DNA of 64,000 nt from Candidatus Obscuribacteraceae bacterium (GTDB lineage Bacteria; Cyanobacteriota; Vampirovibrionia; Obscuribacterales; Obscuribacteraceae), in contig JBGAHS010000009.1 of NCBI GenBank assembly GCA_044226015.1, forward strand, positions 1 through 64,000, given 5' to 3'. The notes beneath the pieces were generated by a model, which saw only the letters and a program-made list of their open reading frames with translations, did not search any database and was not told the DNA's origin. Position 1 is the stretch's first letter, and the number at the start of each line of letters is the position of its first letter. Below are positions 27,661-37,149 of this stretch, in pieces. Position numbers and translations under genes: made by a program.

Positions 27661-29832
27661 TTATCGTTTCATGCTGAGGGAAATTCGTTTTCTTTGCTTA
27701 TCAACCTGAAGGACAGTGACTTTGACCTTCTGATGCACTTTCACAACTTCGTGCGGGTCTTTGATGAATTTATTGGATAATTCACTGATGTGCACGAGAC
27801 CATCCTGGTGCACTCCGATGTCAACAAATGCACCAAATGCGGTGACGTTGGTAACGATGCCTGGAAGTTCCATGCCTTCTTGCAAGTCGTTAATTGTGTG
27901 AACGTCGCTGGCAAATTCAAATTGTTCCAGTTTAGATCGTGGGTCAAGTCCGGGTTTCTCAAGCTCTTGCACGATATCCTTCAAGGTCGGAACTCCGACG
28001 GTTTCACTGACGTATTTGTGAATGTCGATTTTTCGGCAGAGTTCTGAGTTACCGATCAACTTGCTCACATCGCACGAAAGATCCTTTGCCATCTTCTGAA
28101 CAACATCATACCTCTCAGGGTGAACCGCACTTCCATCAAGTGGATTTTGACTCGCTCTGATTCTGAGAAATCCTGCTGCTTGTTCGAAAGCTTTAGGACC
28201 GAGTCTCGAAACCTTCTTAAGCTCTGCTCGCGCTTTGAAGGGACCGTTCTCTTGCCGATGTTTGACTATATTTGTTGCTATCTGCTTGTTGAGTCCTGAT
28301 ACATAAGAGAGCAATTCTTTACTTGCCGTATTGAGTTCTACTCCCACTGAATTCACGCAGCTCATCACTGTGTCATCAAGGCTTGTTTGTAGCGCCTTTT
28401 GATCAACGTCGTGTTGATATTGACCCACGCCAATGGACTTGGGATCTAACTTCACCAGCTCAGCTAACGGGTCCATCAGTCGGCGACCGATTGAAACTGC
28501 ACCGCGCACGGTAATGTCTTGGTCTGGAAATTCCTCTCTTGCTACTTCAGATGCTGAGTAAATAGAAGCACCACTTTCATTGACCATTATTATGGGCAGT
28601 TTTTCTAGACCGTGTGCCTGGAACTTTATCTCTTTCAGAAACGATTCCGATTCTCTGCTGGCTGTTCCGTTGCCGCAAGCGATTGCTTCTATCGTGTGCT
28701 TCTTGCAAAGTTCAACTACTTTCGCTGCAGCTTGCTCTCGCTTCTCGAGTCCTTTTGCAGATTCTTCGAACGGGTAGATGACTCCATGTTCAAGTAGCGC
28801 GCCCTGCTTGCTGAGGCACACAAGCTTGCAGCCCGTTCTAAAACCAGGGTCGACTGCCAGAACCGCTTTTTCACCTAGTGGTGGGGACATCAAAAGTTCG
28901 CGCAAATTACTGACGAAAACTTTGATAGCTTCTGTGTCGGCAATCAATTTCAAGTCAGCGCGCATCTCTGTTTCCATTGACGGGGCAATAAGCCTTTTAT
29001 AGCTGTCCTGACAGGCTATGTTGACTTGTTTGCCTGTCTCACTGCGATTTTTTACGAAATGCGCTTCAAGCATCTTTTCAGCTATTTCAAGTTCTGGCTC
29101 TATAGAAACTCTGAGAACCCCCTCTTCCTCACCACGAAATACCGCAAGCAGACGGTGGGAAGGAGCTGTTTTTGCAAGTTCTGACCAGTCGAAATAATCC
29201 TTGAATTTTGCCCCTTCCTCTTCCTTCTTTTTTACAACCGTAGATACTAGATAACTTTTTGCTTTCCAAAATGTACGCATTTCCTTGCGAAGACGTTCAT
29301 CTTCGCTTATCCATTCAGCAATGATATCGCGTGCTCCGGCGAGGGCTTCTTCCGCACTGGCTACACCTTTTTCTTGACTTACGTATTTGTTTGCTTCATT
29401 TGTTGGGTCGGGAAACTTGTAGCTGAAGATATCTTTTGCAAGCGGTTCGAGTCCTTTCTCTTTTGCTGTGGTGGCTTTTGTTTTTCTCTTTACTTTGAAG
29501 GGCAAATAGATGTCTTCAAGTTCAACCATTGTTTGAGCTTTGTCGATGCGCACTTTAAGCTCGGGAGCCAGTAGGCTTCTCTCGTCGAGTGATTTGCAAA
29601 TGCTGTCTCTGCGCTTGTCTAGTTCTTCCAGTTCTTGAAGCCGCTCTCGGATCTTTATCACCTGAACTTCATCTAGAGAGCCTGTTGCTTCTTTTCTGTA
29701 TCGCGCAATGAAGGGAATGGTGCAGCCTTCCTGAAGAAGCTCGATGGTAGCGTTGACGTTGCGAGTATTCAATTGCAGATCTTTAGCGATCTTTTCTGAA
29801 TAGGTATGCATCTCTTTTACTTGAACAGACAT
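27661..29832 (-). CDS. tex: Tex family RNA-binding transcriptional accessory protein
   Basis: TIPFIARYRKE, DPGFRTGCK, GNGTASRE, SIGVGQYQHD and a C-terminal S1 domain. Confidence 0.97.
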   Translation of the reverse strand: MSVQVKEMHTYSEKIAKDLQLNTRNVNATIELLQEGCTIPFIARYRKEATGSLDEVQVIKIRERLQELEELDKRRDSICKSLDERSLLAPELKVRIDKAQTMVELEDIYLPFKVKRKTKATTAKEKGLEPLAKDIFSYKFPDPTNEANKYVSQEKGVASAEEALAGARDIIAEWISEDERLRKEMRTFWKAKSYLVSTVVKKKEEEGAKFKDYFDWSELAKTAPSHRLLAVFRGEEEGVLRVSIEPELEIAEKMLEAHFVKNRSETGKQVNIACQDSYKRLIAPSMETEMRADLKLIADTEAIKVFVSNLRELLMSPPLGEKAVLAVDPGFRTGCKLVCLSKQGALLEHGVIYPFEESAKGLEKREQAAAKVVELCKKHTIEAIACGNGTASRESESFLKEIKFQAHGLEKLPIIMVNESGASIYSASEVAREEFPDQDITVRGAVSIGRRLMDPLAELVKLDPKSIGVGQYQHDVDQKALQTSLDDTVMSCVNSVGVELNTASKELLSYVSGLNKQIATNIVKHRQENGPFKARAELKKVSRLGPKAFEQAAGFLRIRASQNPLDGSAVHPERYDVVQKMAKDLSCDVSKLIGNSELCRKIDIHKYVSETVGVPTLKDIVQELEKPGLDPRSKLEQFEFASDVHTINDLQEGMELPGIVTNVTAFGAFVDIGVHQDGLVHISELSNKFIKDPHEVVKVHQKVKVTVLQVDKQRKRISLSMKR

Positions 29833-29897
29833 CTTTTTTCTTCCAGTTGGGTGATTTATTGAGTGCTACTGTTTGGACTGACGGGTGGATTCCAATT

Positions 29898-30587
29898 TCA
29901 TTTGACGTAATCCCATCCAGATTGCTTCAGATCAGTCTTTTCGACAGGCGCCGCTGGAGCTGGAGTCTCCTCAGCTTTGCTTGTTCGCTTTTGCGTTTGA
30001 GCAAGTTGCTTCTTGGAACTTGTTCCGTTGGATTGCTTTGCTTTTGCTGTCGAAATTGAAGGAGTCGGGACTTCATTACGCTTCTGCATGCTGAGAATCT
30101 TTGTGATGTCCGCTATGTCCTTTAGCATTGCATCGCGCTCTTGCGGAGGCGGTGGTGGCTGCATCTTCATTGCTTTTTGGAAACATGCAATTGTGTCTTT
30201 CAATCTGTTTTGTTTGAGATATGCATTTGCAAGATTGGCACATGCTTGCCAGTCATTGGAGCGCAGTTCTAGTGCTTTCTTGAAGGCTTGTTCTGCGCCC
30301 GTATAATTTTCCCGTTTGCGAAGGGCTACACCATAGTTGATGTAAAAATCTGGGTCGTATTCATAACGATATATCGCTTCTTCGAAATCTTGGACAGCTT
30401 CTTCTATTCGTCCGTGTTCAAGGTATTTGTTGCCACGATTGTAGTAGGGAAGCGCGTTACTCCATGCGAATCTGTCTCCCTTGCCGGGGAAGTCATCTGC
30501 CCAGACCATTGTGTTGGATTGCAGAACAATGAAACCCAAGGCGATCAACGCCGAAAGTCCAAGTCGTGGGGAGCGAGTTTTTTTCAT
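29898..30587 (-). CDS. Exported TPR protein
   Basis: Signal peptide, three TPRs and a low-complexity tail. Confidence 0.85.
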   Translation of the reverse strand: MKKTRSPRLGLSALIALGFIVLQSNTMVWADDFPGKGDRFAWSNALPYYNRGNKYLEHGRIEEAVQDFEEAIYRYEYDPDFYINYGVALRKRENYTGAEQAFKKALELRSNDWQACANLANAYLKQNRLKDTIACFQKAMKMQPPPPPQERDAMLKDIADITKILSMQKRNEVPTPSISTAKAKQSNGTSSKKQLAQTQKRTSKAEETPAPAAPVEKTDLKQSGWDYVK

Positions 30588-30844
30588 TGCTGGTATGACT
30601 CAAGGAATAGACAAGCGCAGTCTATCATTTTGTCTGTATTTGAACCTTGAAAAAACTTGATGCATAAAGCTTTCGAAAATTCTGCTAATAGCTATATGCC
30701 AGCGAAAAACAGTGCTGACTGTGCAATTCGGCAGATGACGTGTGGAATGCTAACACCGAAGCTTGGTGACTATCTCCAGTAAATTTCTTTTTCTGTGATT
30801 TTTGTCCAATCTTTCTTCGAGGCTGGATACATCAGTTCCAGGCA

Positions 30845-32626
30845 ATGCTCGTGAAAAAAAAAGGATCTGGAAACTGTATGGTTGAAATGGAAAAAGTGAA
30901 AGAGATAGCTGGTGAGGTTCGTGATTTTGGACAAGCACTAATACATCAAGCACTGGAAAGTCCCGTGAATGGTATCACTCAGGTCGTTAACCATACTGTA
31001 GGCACTAATATACCTGAACTTCAAATCGTAGGTGAGGTGAAGAATCCTTCCACTGGTGCCAAGTTAGGTAGTATTGCTGGTGGTGTTATTGACTATTATG
31101 TCCTCAGCAAGTTAGCAGGACCTGCTCTCGGAAACCTGGGAGGAAGCGGAACAGTTGGAAACGCTTTACGCGGCGGTATCGTGGGCGGCGTATATTCTGG
31201 CTTGCTGACACCCACAGATGCATCAAGCAGTAAATTTTTCTCTGATCGATTCTCTAATGGTATGGTAGGTGCTGCTGGGTTCGCTGGTATGTCTGCTGCG
31301 GGGTCTTATCTTTCAAGTAAGGGAATCTTTGCCGTTCCTGAAGTAAGATCGCTTGGCGGTTCCATTACATTTGGTGCGCTGAGTGGTGCTGCAGGCGGTA
31401 TCGCTCAATCTGAAGCTGAAGCTATCTTCAAAAAGGGAAAGGTTCTTCCGAGTGTGGAAGACCTCGCTACTAACACACTTTCAATGGCAGCATTTGGTGC
31501 GGCTTTTGGCGCAGTTGATTACAGCTATAACAAGTTCATTGCTCCTCCAAAGGTAACTGAAGTTAAGTCAACTTTTGTGCCAGAAGAAGGTAGCGGCGCT
31601 TCCTTGTATAACAGCAAGGATGGTGAGGCTCTCACACTTCGACTCATTCATAACAAGAATGGAGAGCTTGTGAGAATGCGAGCTGAGCTGCCGGCAATGA
31701 ACGATTTCGATCATATTGGATGGCAAGCTACCAGAATGACGGACGGTAGTTGGTCAAATAAGGCTATGAGTGTTTTTGATGGGAAATGGAAATCATCCTA
31801 CACTGAAATTTCGCTTCCTGCATTGCAAAACGTTAGCACTCAGCCAGACGGAACTGTAAAAATCATCTCTTCAGATGGAAGAACGCGCGTATTTGCTCCA
31901 AACGGAAAGTACGAGAGGGTTGAAACAAATCCTCGTCCTCAGCCCGTCGTCGACCCTAATTATTCCGAATTGAATATGGGAAACAATTCAAAAGTGGTGT
32001 ATCTTCGCTCAAACACTGGTGGAACCGAATTAGGTTCGAGACTTCATATTGATAGTTCTGGAAAGGTTTCTGAAGTCTCTTTTTCAAATACTGGCGATCA
32101 ACTTTTCATGAGAAAAAATGCGGATGGAACCTGGAAGATGTACTCGGGAGTAACTCCAGACGGGAAAACCGCACCTTCTGATTATATGTGGAAAGGAGAA
32201 GTAGAAGCTGTTCGGAGTGCAGCTGGCAAGGTTGAGTCTTTGCAGTTCAAGTTTCCGGATGGACACACGGTCAGCATGCCAAAAACGTTGGACAATGCTG
32301 CAGACCTCGCCAAAGCTCTGCATGACACAGGTTCGTTCTTGAACTTCGACAAGAATTTCCGCTATTTGCGCACAGATGCTGATGGCAATATGTTTTTGAA
32401 AACTCAGTCTGCGACCCTTAATGGCAAGCCTGTCGCCGATGCTGAAGTTCCGATTAAGCCCATGGATGACGTGCGAATAGTCTTTGATATAGGTGACCGC
32501 TATTCAATTCTGAAGGACTACTTCATTGGATGGTCTAAGACTGACTCAGGGTTCAGAATCAATAAAACCGAAATTAAGCCTGATAGTATTTATGACCTAA
32601 ATCGTCTTTTGAACGTCGGTTACTGA
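30845..32626 (+). CDS. Hypothetical protein: Gly/Ala-rich hydrophobic N-domain (paralogous to 13008) plus beta-rich C-terminus
   Basis: 593-aa ORF (start may be 30878). N-terminal motifs align with the 13008 protein. Confidence 0.7.
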   Translation: MLVKKKGSGNCMVEMEKVKEIAGEVRDFGQALIHQALESPVNGITQVVNHTVGTNIPELQIVGEVKNPSTGAKLGSIAGGVIDYYVLSKLAGPALGNLGGSGTVGNALRGGIVGGVYSGLLTPTDASSSKFFSDRFSNGMVGAAGFAGMSAAGSYLSSKGIFAVPEVRSLGGSITFGALSGAAGGIAQSEAEAIFKKGKVLPSVEDLATNTLSMAAFGAAFGAVDYSYNKFIAPPKVTEVKSTFVPEEGSGASLYNSKDGEALTLRLIHNKNGELVRMRAELPAMNDFDHIGWQATRMTDGSWSNKAMSVFDGKWKSSYTEISLPALQNVSTQPDGTVKIISSDGRTRVFAPNGKYERVETNPRPQPVVDPNYSELNMGNNSKVVYLRSNTGGTELGSRLHIDSSGKVSEVSFSNTGDQLFMRKNADGTWKMYSGVTPDGKTAPSDYMWKGEVEAVRSAAGKVESLQFKFPDGHTVSMPKTLDNAADLAKALHDTGSFLNFDKNFRYLRTDADGNMFLKTQSATLNGKPVADAEVPIKPMDDVRIVFDIGDRYSILKDYFIGWSKTDSGFRINKTEIKPDSIYDLNRLLNVGY

Positions 32627-33133
32627 TTTTCCTGATGATGTAGCATCTTCGGGCGGTCGATGTCGGTATTCCCATGGAGCTGCGGCATTCGAATCTTGCC
32701 ATAAACCACGTTTCTGTTTTCTGGCTATTTCTTCCAGTTCATGCCTGTGTTCATCTTTAGAAAATTTGCTGTACCACCAGGCGTAACCGTGTTCGAGTAG
32801 AAGGTCATTTAGGTTCGATCCGTCAGGTAAAATCACGTCAGCCAGGAATCGGCGATATCTATCGTGTCCTGTACTAACGATTTTGACTGTTTTAGAAAAG
32901 GATTTTTTTGAGGTGAAGAGCTTAGCTTGCTGACCAAATGCCTGGGTCTTTTCCGGGCAATCAACGCCATTTAATCGAATCTTCCGTACATTCCCGTGAA
33001 CCAAAACTGAAATGGTATCACCGTCGCTTACGCCCACAACCTTGCCTTTGAATGTTTCGATTTTGGCACCAGCGGGTAAAATCGACGACGCCAGAAGTGT
33101 GCAGAGAAGCAGCGAGCTTTTGAAATTTGCCAT
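32597..33133 (-). CDS. Thermonuclease (SNase) family, exported
   Basis: VSDGDTI, IRLNGVDCPE, DRYRRFLA, RGLW, PWEYR, with a signal peptide from MANFK. Confidence 0.93.
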   Translation of the reverse strand: MANFKSSLLLCTLLASSILPAGAKIETFKGKVVGVSDGDTISVLVHGNVRKIRLNGVDCPEKTQAFGQQAKLFTSKKSFSKTVKIVSTGHDRYRRFLADVILPDGSNLNDLLLEHGYAWWYSKFSKDEHRHELEEIARKQKRGLWQDSNAAAPWEYRHRPPEDATSSGKSVTDVQKTI

Positions 33134-33320
33134 AATGTCGAGCCTCAGATGCCACTGTATCAGATGGCATTCTTGTGCCCGTTTATTCCTGGCGTATATC
33201 ACTTCGTGTCAAAACAGATCACCTTATCAGATTGATGATCCCTGTTTTGAATCGTCAGACGCTAAGCGAAGCATATCTGAGCTCAGTCAATTTAGTTTTT
33301 GCTAAGTCTCGTACTGCTAT

Positions 33321-33427
33321 CAGCTAGCTGCGTCGTTGAATCGGTAACGAACTGCTTCAGCTATTCGCGTCGTTGAATCGGTATCCGCTTTAGTTGCTTC
33401 GAGCACCCAATCGGTAACTGGGTGCTC
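33321..33427. repeat. Two direct repeats (37-bp period) followed by a terminator-like hairpin
   Basis: GCGTCGTTGAATCGGTA at 33330 and 33367; GAGCACCCA/TGGGTGCTC stem at 33401-33427 whose loop reuses ATCGGTA. Confidence 0.7.
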
Positions 33428-33429
33428 AA

Positions 33430-33930
33430 TTATGGTTTCGGCTGCACACCTTTCTGAAGCGCCGCAGTCAAATCGTCGATTGAATCGCACAGAGAGAGTC
33501 CTGTAGCTAGACCCAAAGCGACCACGTTTGAGACTGTGGTGTTGATACGATTGAAAAAGTCTTTTTTCATCACTCCTACCGAGTGGTGGTTTTCAGTTCC
33601 TTCAGGTGCGGGTTTGAGACTGCATGCATCGCCTAACGTGTCGCGTCGAGATTCTTTTGCCACTGCGGGTCTGAGACTGCATGCGTCATCGAGTGTCGCA
33701 TCATGGTCAATATCAAGAATGAATTCTTCGACCGATGGAATTGAGGTCAGCGCTGGAATGGATTCTGATCCAACCACGTTGAATTCCTTCAGATTCCTGC
33801 AGCTTGAGTCAAAGCTGTTGGAACTTGTCTGCAGTCCATTTGCGTGCTCAGAAGGGCAGCAGGCGCTCTCTTGTGCTCCAGCAGGAAGCGCTAGAAGCAC
33901 CAGGCACAGAAGAGGAATCAATTTGTTCAT
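33430..33930 (-). CDS. Exported Cys-containing hypothetical protein with internal repeat
   Basis: Signal peptide, SACCP, and TLDDACSLRPA / TLGDACSLKPA repeat. Confidence 0.6.
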   Translation of the reverse strand: MNKLIPLLCLVLLALPAGAQESACCPSEHANGLQTSSNSFDSSCRNLKEFNVVGSESIPALTSIPSVEEFILDIDHDATLDDACSLRPAVAKESRRDTLGDACSLKPAPEGTENHHSVGVMKKDFFNRINTTVSNVVALGLATGLSLCDSIDDLTAALQKGVQPKP

Positions 33931-34156
33931 AGCTTCACCAGTGAAAAGGACATCTAATTGTTTTCCATCCCTGGCTGTTTGCTCGCCTTGTCATAACACT
34001 TTCAAAAGTGATCCGGCTGACGCTTCTTAGCCATCCAAAAACGAAAAACGAATTTGCCGAGCAAATTCGTTTTCGATACTTTGTTTTCACTTGTCCGCAG
34101 GGTTGGTGTTGCACCAATGAGCTCAATCCCTTAAGCCCCCCACTGGGGAAACTGCG

Positions 34157-34324
34157 TTAATTCTGTTTGCAAGGTTTCCAGATGACTGTGCAGACATTGT
34201 TATTGCAAACTGGTTCGGTGTGGACCTCACTCCGGTTTTTAGAGTCTTCTTCCGCGCTCGCATTGCTCGGGTTGACTGTGGTGTTTTGAGACCGTTTGTT
34301 GGAGTTTGAATTCGTAGTCTTCAT
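34157..34324 (-). CDS. Small 55-aa protein with C-terminal CxxxxC-x3-WKP motif
   Basis: Hand-translated MKTTNSNSNKRSQNTTVNPSNASAEEDSKNRSEVHTEPVCNNNVCTVIWKPCKQN*. TAAGGT SD upstream; below the ORF-track cutoff. Confidence 0.6.
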   Translation of the reverse strand: MKTTNSNSNKRSQNTTVNPSNASAEEDSKNRSEVHTEPVCNNNVCTVIWKPCKQN

Positions 34325-34522
34325 GACGGGATACCTTAGTCCTTGCCTTTTCCTGATGATTATTATAAGGATCTAATCACCGGAGACTATGTGGAAATCC
34401 GCAATTTCGAATCTGCAATTAAAAATTTCCGAAACTTGCGTCTTAACTGAAGGGCTCGGAAGCTTGTACATTCCCGGCTTCTCAGTCAGAATCTTCTTCG
34501 TGTCTTTTTCGAGGATTTTTCG

Positions 34523-35227
34523 ATGACTTTCAGAAGGCTCATCTCAAATAAACCCATTCCAGCAAATCTCGAAACTCCTGACAACGAAAGGGCTGGGAAA
34601 TTTTTGCATATCGTGGTTGTGTGTCTACTTTTAGTAGCGTGTTCGAATCAATCGAATGAAACAAAATTGATGAAACCGACCACCGAAGCCGACCGAGCAG
34701 CTGCACGTTTGAAACTGGAACGAATGAAATTGGAAAGAGTTCAACGTGAACAGGTAGCCGCAGAGCAGCAGCAAGCCGCAGACCAGAAGGCTGCAGAGGC
34801 AGAAGCCGCCGCGCAAAAAGCTGCTGAAGAAGCAGCCAAACCCCACTATGATCCGGTGAGACTGAATATGGCAGCCAAATGGCGACAATGGGCTGATATC
34901 ACCATTCCCGACTTCAACATTCATGGATGGTTGAAGACAAATTGGGTTGACGGCAAAATGCATTTGCGTCTTGCGTTATTGGGCGAAAAGGATGCCTTGC
35001 GCATTTTTACGGGGCAGTGGCCGTATCTACGACTCGTTTTTGCTGACCAGTCTGGGGTGAATTTGCATCAGTGCACTCTAGCGACTTCTGACCTGAAGTG
35101 GGACCAGGGCGGTTTGCGGAACAGTGGCACACCAACCATGGAGTTCGAGTCTGACTCAGAATGTTCACTTGAGGTTTATGAATCTATTGTGCAGTGGAAT
35201 CTAAAATGGGAAACAAGTATCGATTAA
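34523..35227 (+). CDS. Putative lipoprotein
   Basis: Lipobox LVAC after a hydrophobic stretch, Ala/Glu/Lys coiled coil, beta C-domain. Confidence 0.65.
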   Translation: MTFRRLISNKPIPANLETPDNERAGKFLHIVVVCLLLVACSNQSNETKLMKPTTEADRAAARLKLERMKLERVQREQVAAEQQQAADQKAAEAEAAAQKAAEEAAKPHYDPVRLNMAAKWRQWADITIPDFNIHGWLKTNWVDGKMHLRLALLGEKDALRIFTGQWPYLRLVFADQSGVNLHQCTLATSDLKWDQGGLRNSGTPTMEFESDSECSLEVYESIVQWNLKWETSID

Positions 35228-35239
35228 CCCGGAGTCTCT

Positions 35240-36049
35240 TTGATGAAATGTTTTGTCCACGCAATCTGTGATTATGCGCCTGGTGACCTGGCTTGGGCGG
35301 AGGTCTTCTCTGCTATGGTTGCTCGTCTGCCGGAAAATGTTGGACTTCATCTGACATCAGTTGGCTCTTTTGATACCATCGCTACGGGTTTTGTTGTCGC
35401 ACAGCTTTCGCTGGCTGATAAAGATTTGCGCCCCGAAAACCTGGTCGTGTTTGCTAATTGTGCGCCCCGAAAAGACCTTAAGGAGGCTCGGGACAATAAT
35501 GCGGGCGAAGGCTTGCTTTATGGATTGATGAGAAATGGTGTGCGTGTCCTGGCTGTGAATAGTGGCTATTCCATGTCGTTCATAAGAGAGGAAATTTCCG
35601 AATTGTGGTCTGTAGATGTTGAAGAAGAAGGCTCGCAATTCCGGTCACGCGATTTCTTTCCGCGTGCGTTGTCTCGGTTGATCAAGGAAGAACCTGGGCT
35701 CAAGAAGCAACTGCTCAATCCGATGGACGTAATTTGGGATTATCCTGAAGAGGTAATCGGCTACATCGATTCGTTCGGGAATTTGAAGACTACTATTCGT
35801 TCGGGAAGCAAGTTGCTTTCTGAGTTAGTTCCGGGCTCAAGAGTTAAGGTGCGAATAGGTACTGTTGTCAGAACAGCGACTGTTGCATCTGGAAGTTTCA
35901 ACGTGATGGAAGGTGACCTTGCCTTTGCTCCAGGTAGTTCAGGGCATGGAAAGAGGTTTTGGGAATTTTTTCAGCGGGGAGGTTCTGCTGCTGCTGAGTT
36001 TGGACATCCCCACGTTGGCTCTAACATTCTGATTGAACGGATTGCTTGA
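35240..36049 (+). CDS. SAM hydroxide adenosyltransferase / chlorinase-fluorinase (DUF62) family
   Basis: ICDY..GD, SQFRSRDFF, YIDSFGNLKT and GGSAA. Confidence 0.8.
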   Translation: MMKCFVHAICDYAPGDLAWAEVFSAMVARLPENVGLHLTSVGSFDTIATGFVVAQLSLADKDLRPENLVVFANCAPRKDLKEARDNNAGEGLLYGLMRNGVRVLAVNSGYSMSFIREEISELWSVDVEEEGSQFRSRDFFPRALSRLIKEEPGLKKQLLNPMDVIWDYPEEVIGYIDSFGNLKTTIRSGSKLLSELVPGSRVKVRIGTVVRTATVASGSFNVMEGDLAFAPGSSGHGKRFWEFFQRGGSAAAEFGHPHVGSNILIERIA

Positions 36050-36081
36050 GTCGTTCAGTTAGCATCTGAGAAGCTGCGAGT

Positions 36082-37122
36082 TTATGCGATTTCGAATCGG
36101 TAATACCCGAGATAGGTAAAACGCGGGTCTGTTTGTGGAAATACATCACATTGCTGCCAGACTGCACGCAATGACGGTGCATTATCGCTCAGGCTGAATG
36201 TATTGCCCGACCTGAAAGAGCCATCTGTGCAGCTGTGTAGCAGATATATTCCCAGGTGTTCCATCAACTTTCTGGTTTCCCTTATGATACTTTCTTCGTT
36301 AAGAGTGGTGCCAAATATGGTGCTTGCATCCGTCTGTTTGATCTTAAAATCTGGAATACCCAGGTGGTGCAATCCGCAACTTATAAATTCGTCTTCAAAG
36401 CGAATGGGAAGTTGCACGAATGCAAAAAACAAAAGCTGCCAGAACACCACCGGTCTGGGCGCTTTTGCCTCTTCAATTGCCACGTCGCGGGCAAGGTCTT
36501 TCCAGACTTTGTTTGAATGCGACAAGTATGCGCTGTTACAAAAAACCTCAAGTACTCCAATGTCGATTAGCTTACTGATCAGTTTCAGTGTTTCAATACT
36601 GTTTTTTACTGCTGACGAAGAATCGAATGGCTTCGTTTTTACTTCGAAGATGGCTCCGTGTCGTGAAAGTTTTTCCTGCTCGCTAGCATCCATAGGAGGA
36701 GCAAAAGACGAACGTGCATTAGATGCATCGGCTGCAAGACTCTGATTAGGAGGCATGATTTGATATTCGACATTCGCCATTTGCAATAGCTTTCGTATTT
36801 TTGATACTTGATCGCGCTCGGCAAATACCGTGTAAGTAAGTTGGGGTAGCTTGCCCGCAGAAAACTTCTCGTATTTGATCTTATTCCATCCATACCATGC
36901 GTTGAAGGGATCTACATCTTCAAATTCCTGAGCCGCCAGGAAATCTGCAAGTTTGTTTTTCGGAATCTTGGCACAAGGTGCTGTGTCTCTGATCTTCATG
37001 ACCTGATCTTCAGTGAGCGGATGGTCTTGTTCTGACTCGGCAATTGCCAGTGTTTTGGCAAGTGGTACAACATAAACGAGTGCTTCGTTTTCTGATATCT
37101 CGATGCTCTTATTTTCAGTCAT
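36082..37122 (-). CDS. Hypothetical protein, DUF4261-like C-terminus
   Basis: SCGLHHLGIPDF, FRSGNTFS and C-terminal GYYRF. Confidence 0.55.
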   Translation of the reverse strand: MTENKSIEISENEALVYVVPLAKTLAIAESEQDHPLTEDQVMKIRDTAPCAKIPKNKLADFLAAQEFEDVDPFNAWYGWNKIKYEKFSAGKLPQLTYTVFAERDQVSKIRKLLQMANVEYQIMPPNQSLAADASNARSSFAPPMDASEQEKLSRHGAIFEVKTKPFDSSSAVKNSIETLKLISKLIDIGVLEVFCNSAYLSHSNKVWKDLARDVAIEEAKAPRPVVFWQLLFFAFVQLPIRFEDEFISCGLHHLGIPDFKIKQTDASTIFGTTLNEESIIRETRKLMEHLGIYLLHSCTDGSFRSGNTFSLSDNAPSLRAVWQQCDVFPQTDPRFTYLGYYRFEIA

Positions 37123-37149
37123 TTTTGTTCTCGTCTTACTGCGATTTTC

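Noticed and set aside
32597..33133. Thermonuclease as partner of the 30845 protein
   Set aside because: Convergent orientation with only a 30-bp 3' overlap; an ordinary exported SNase.
33321..33427. Possible mini-CRISPR
   Set aside because: Only two 17-bp exact copies separated by 20 nt, no leader or cas genes.
35240..36049. Halogenase (fluorinase/chlorinase) biosynthetic cluster
   Set aside because: DUF62-family genes are widespread SAM hydrolases, and no biosynthetic genes are adjacent.
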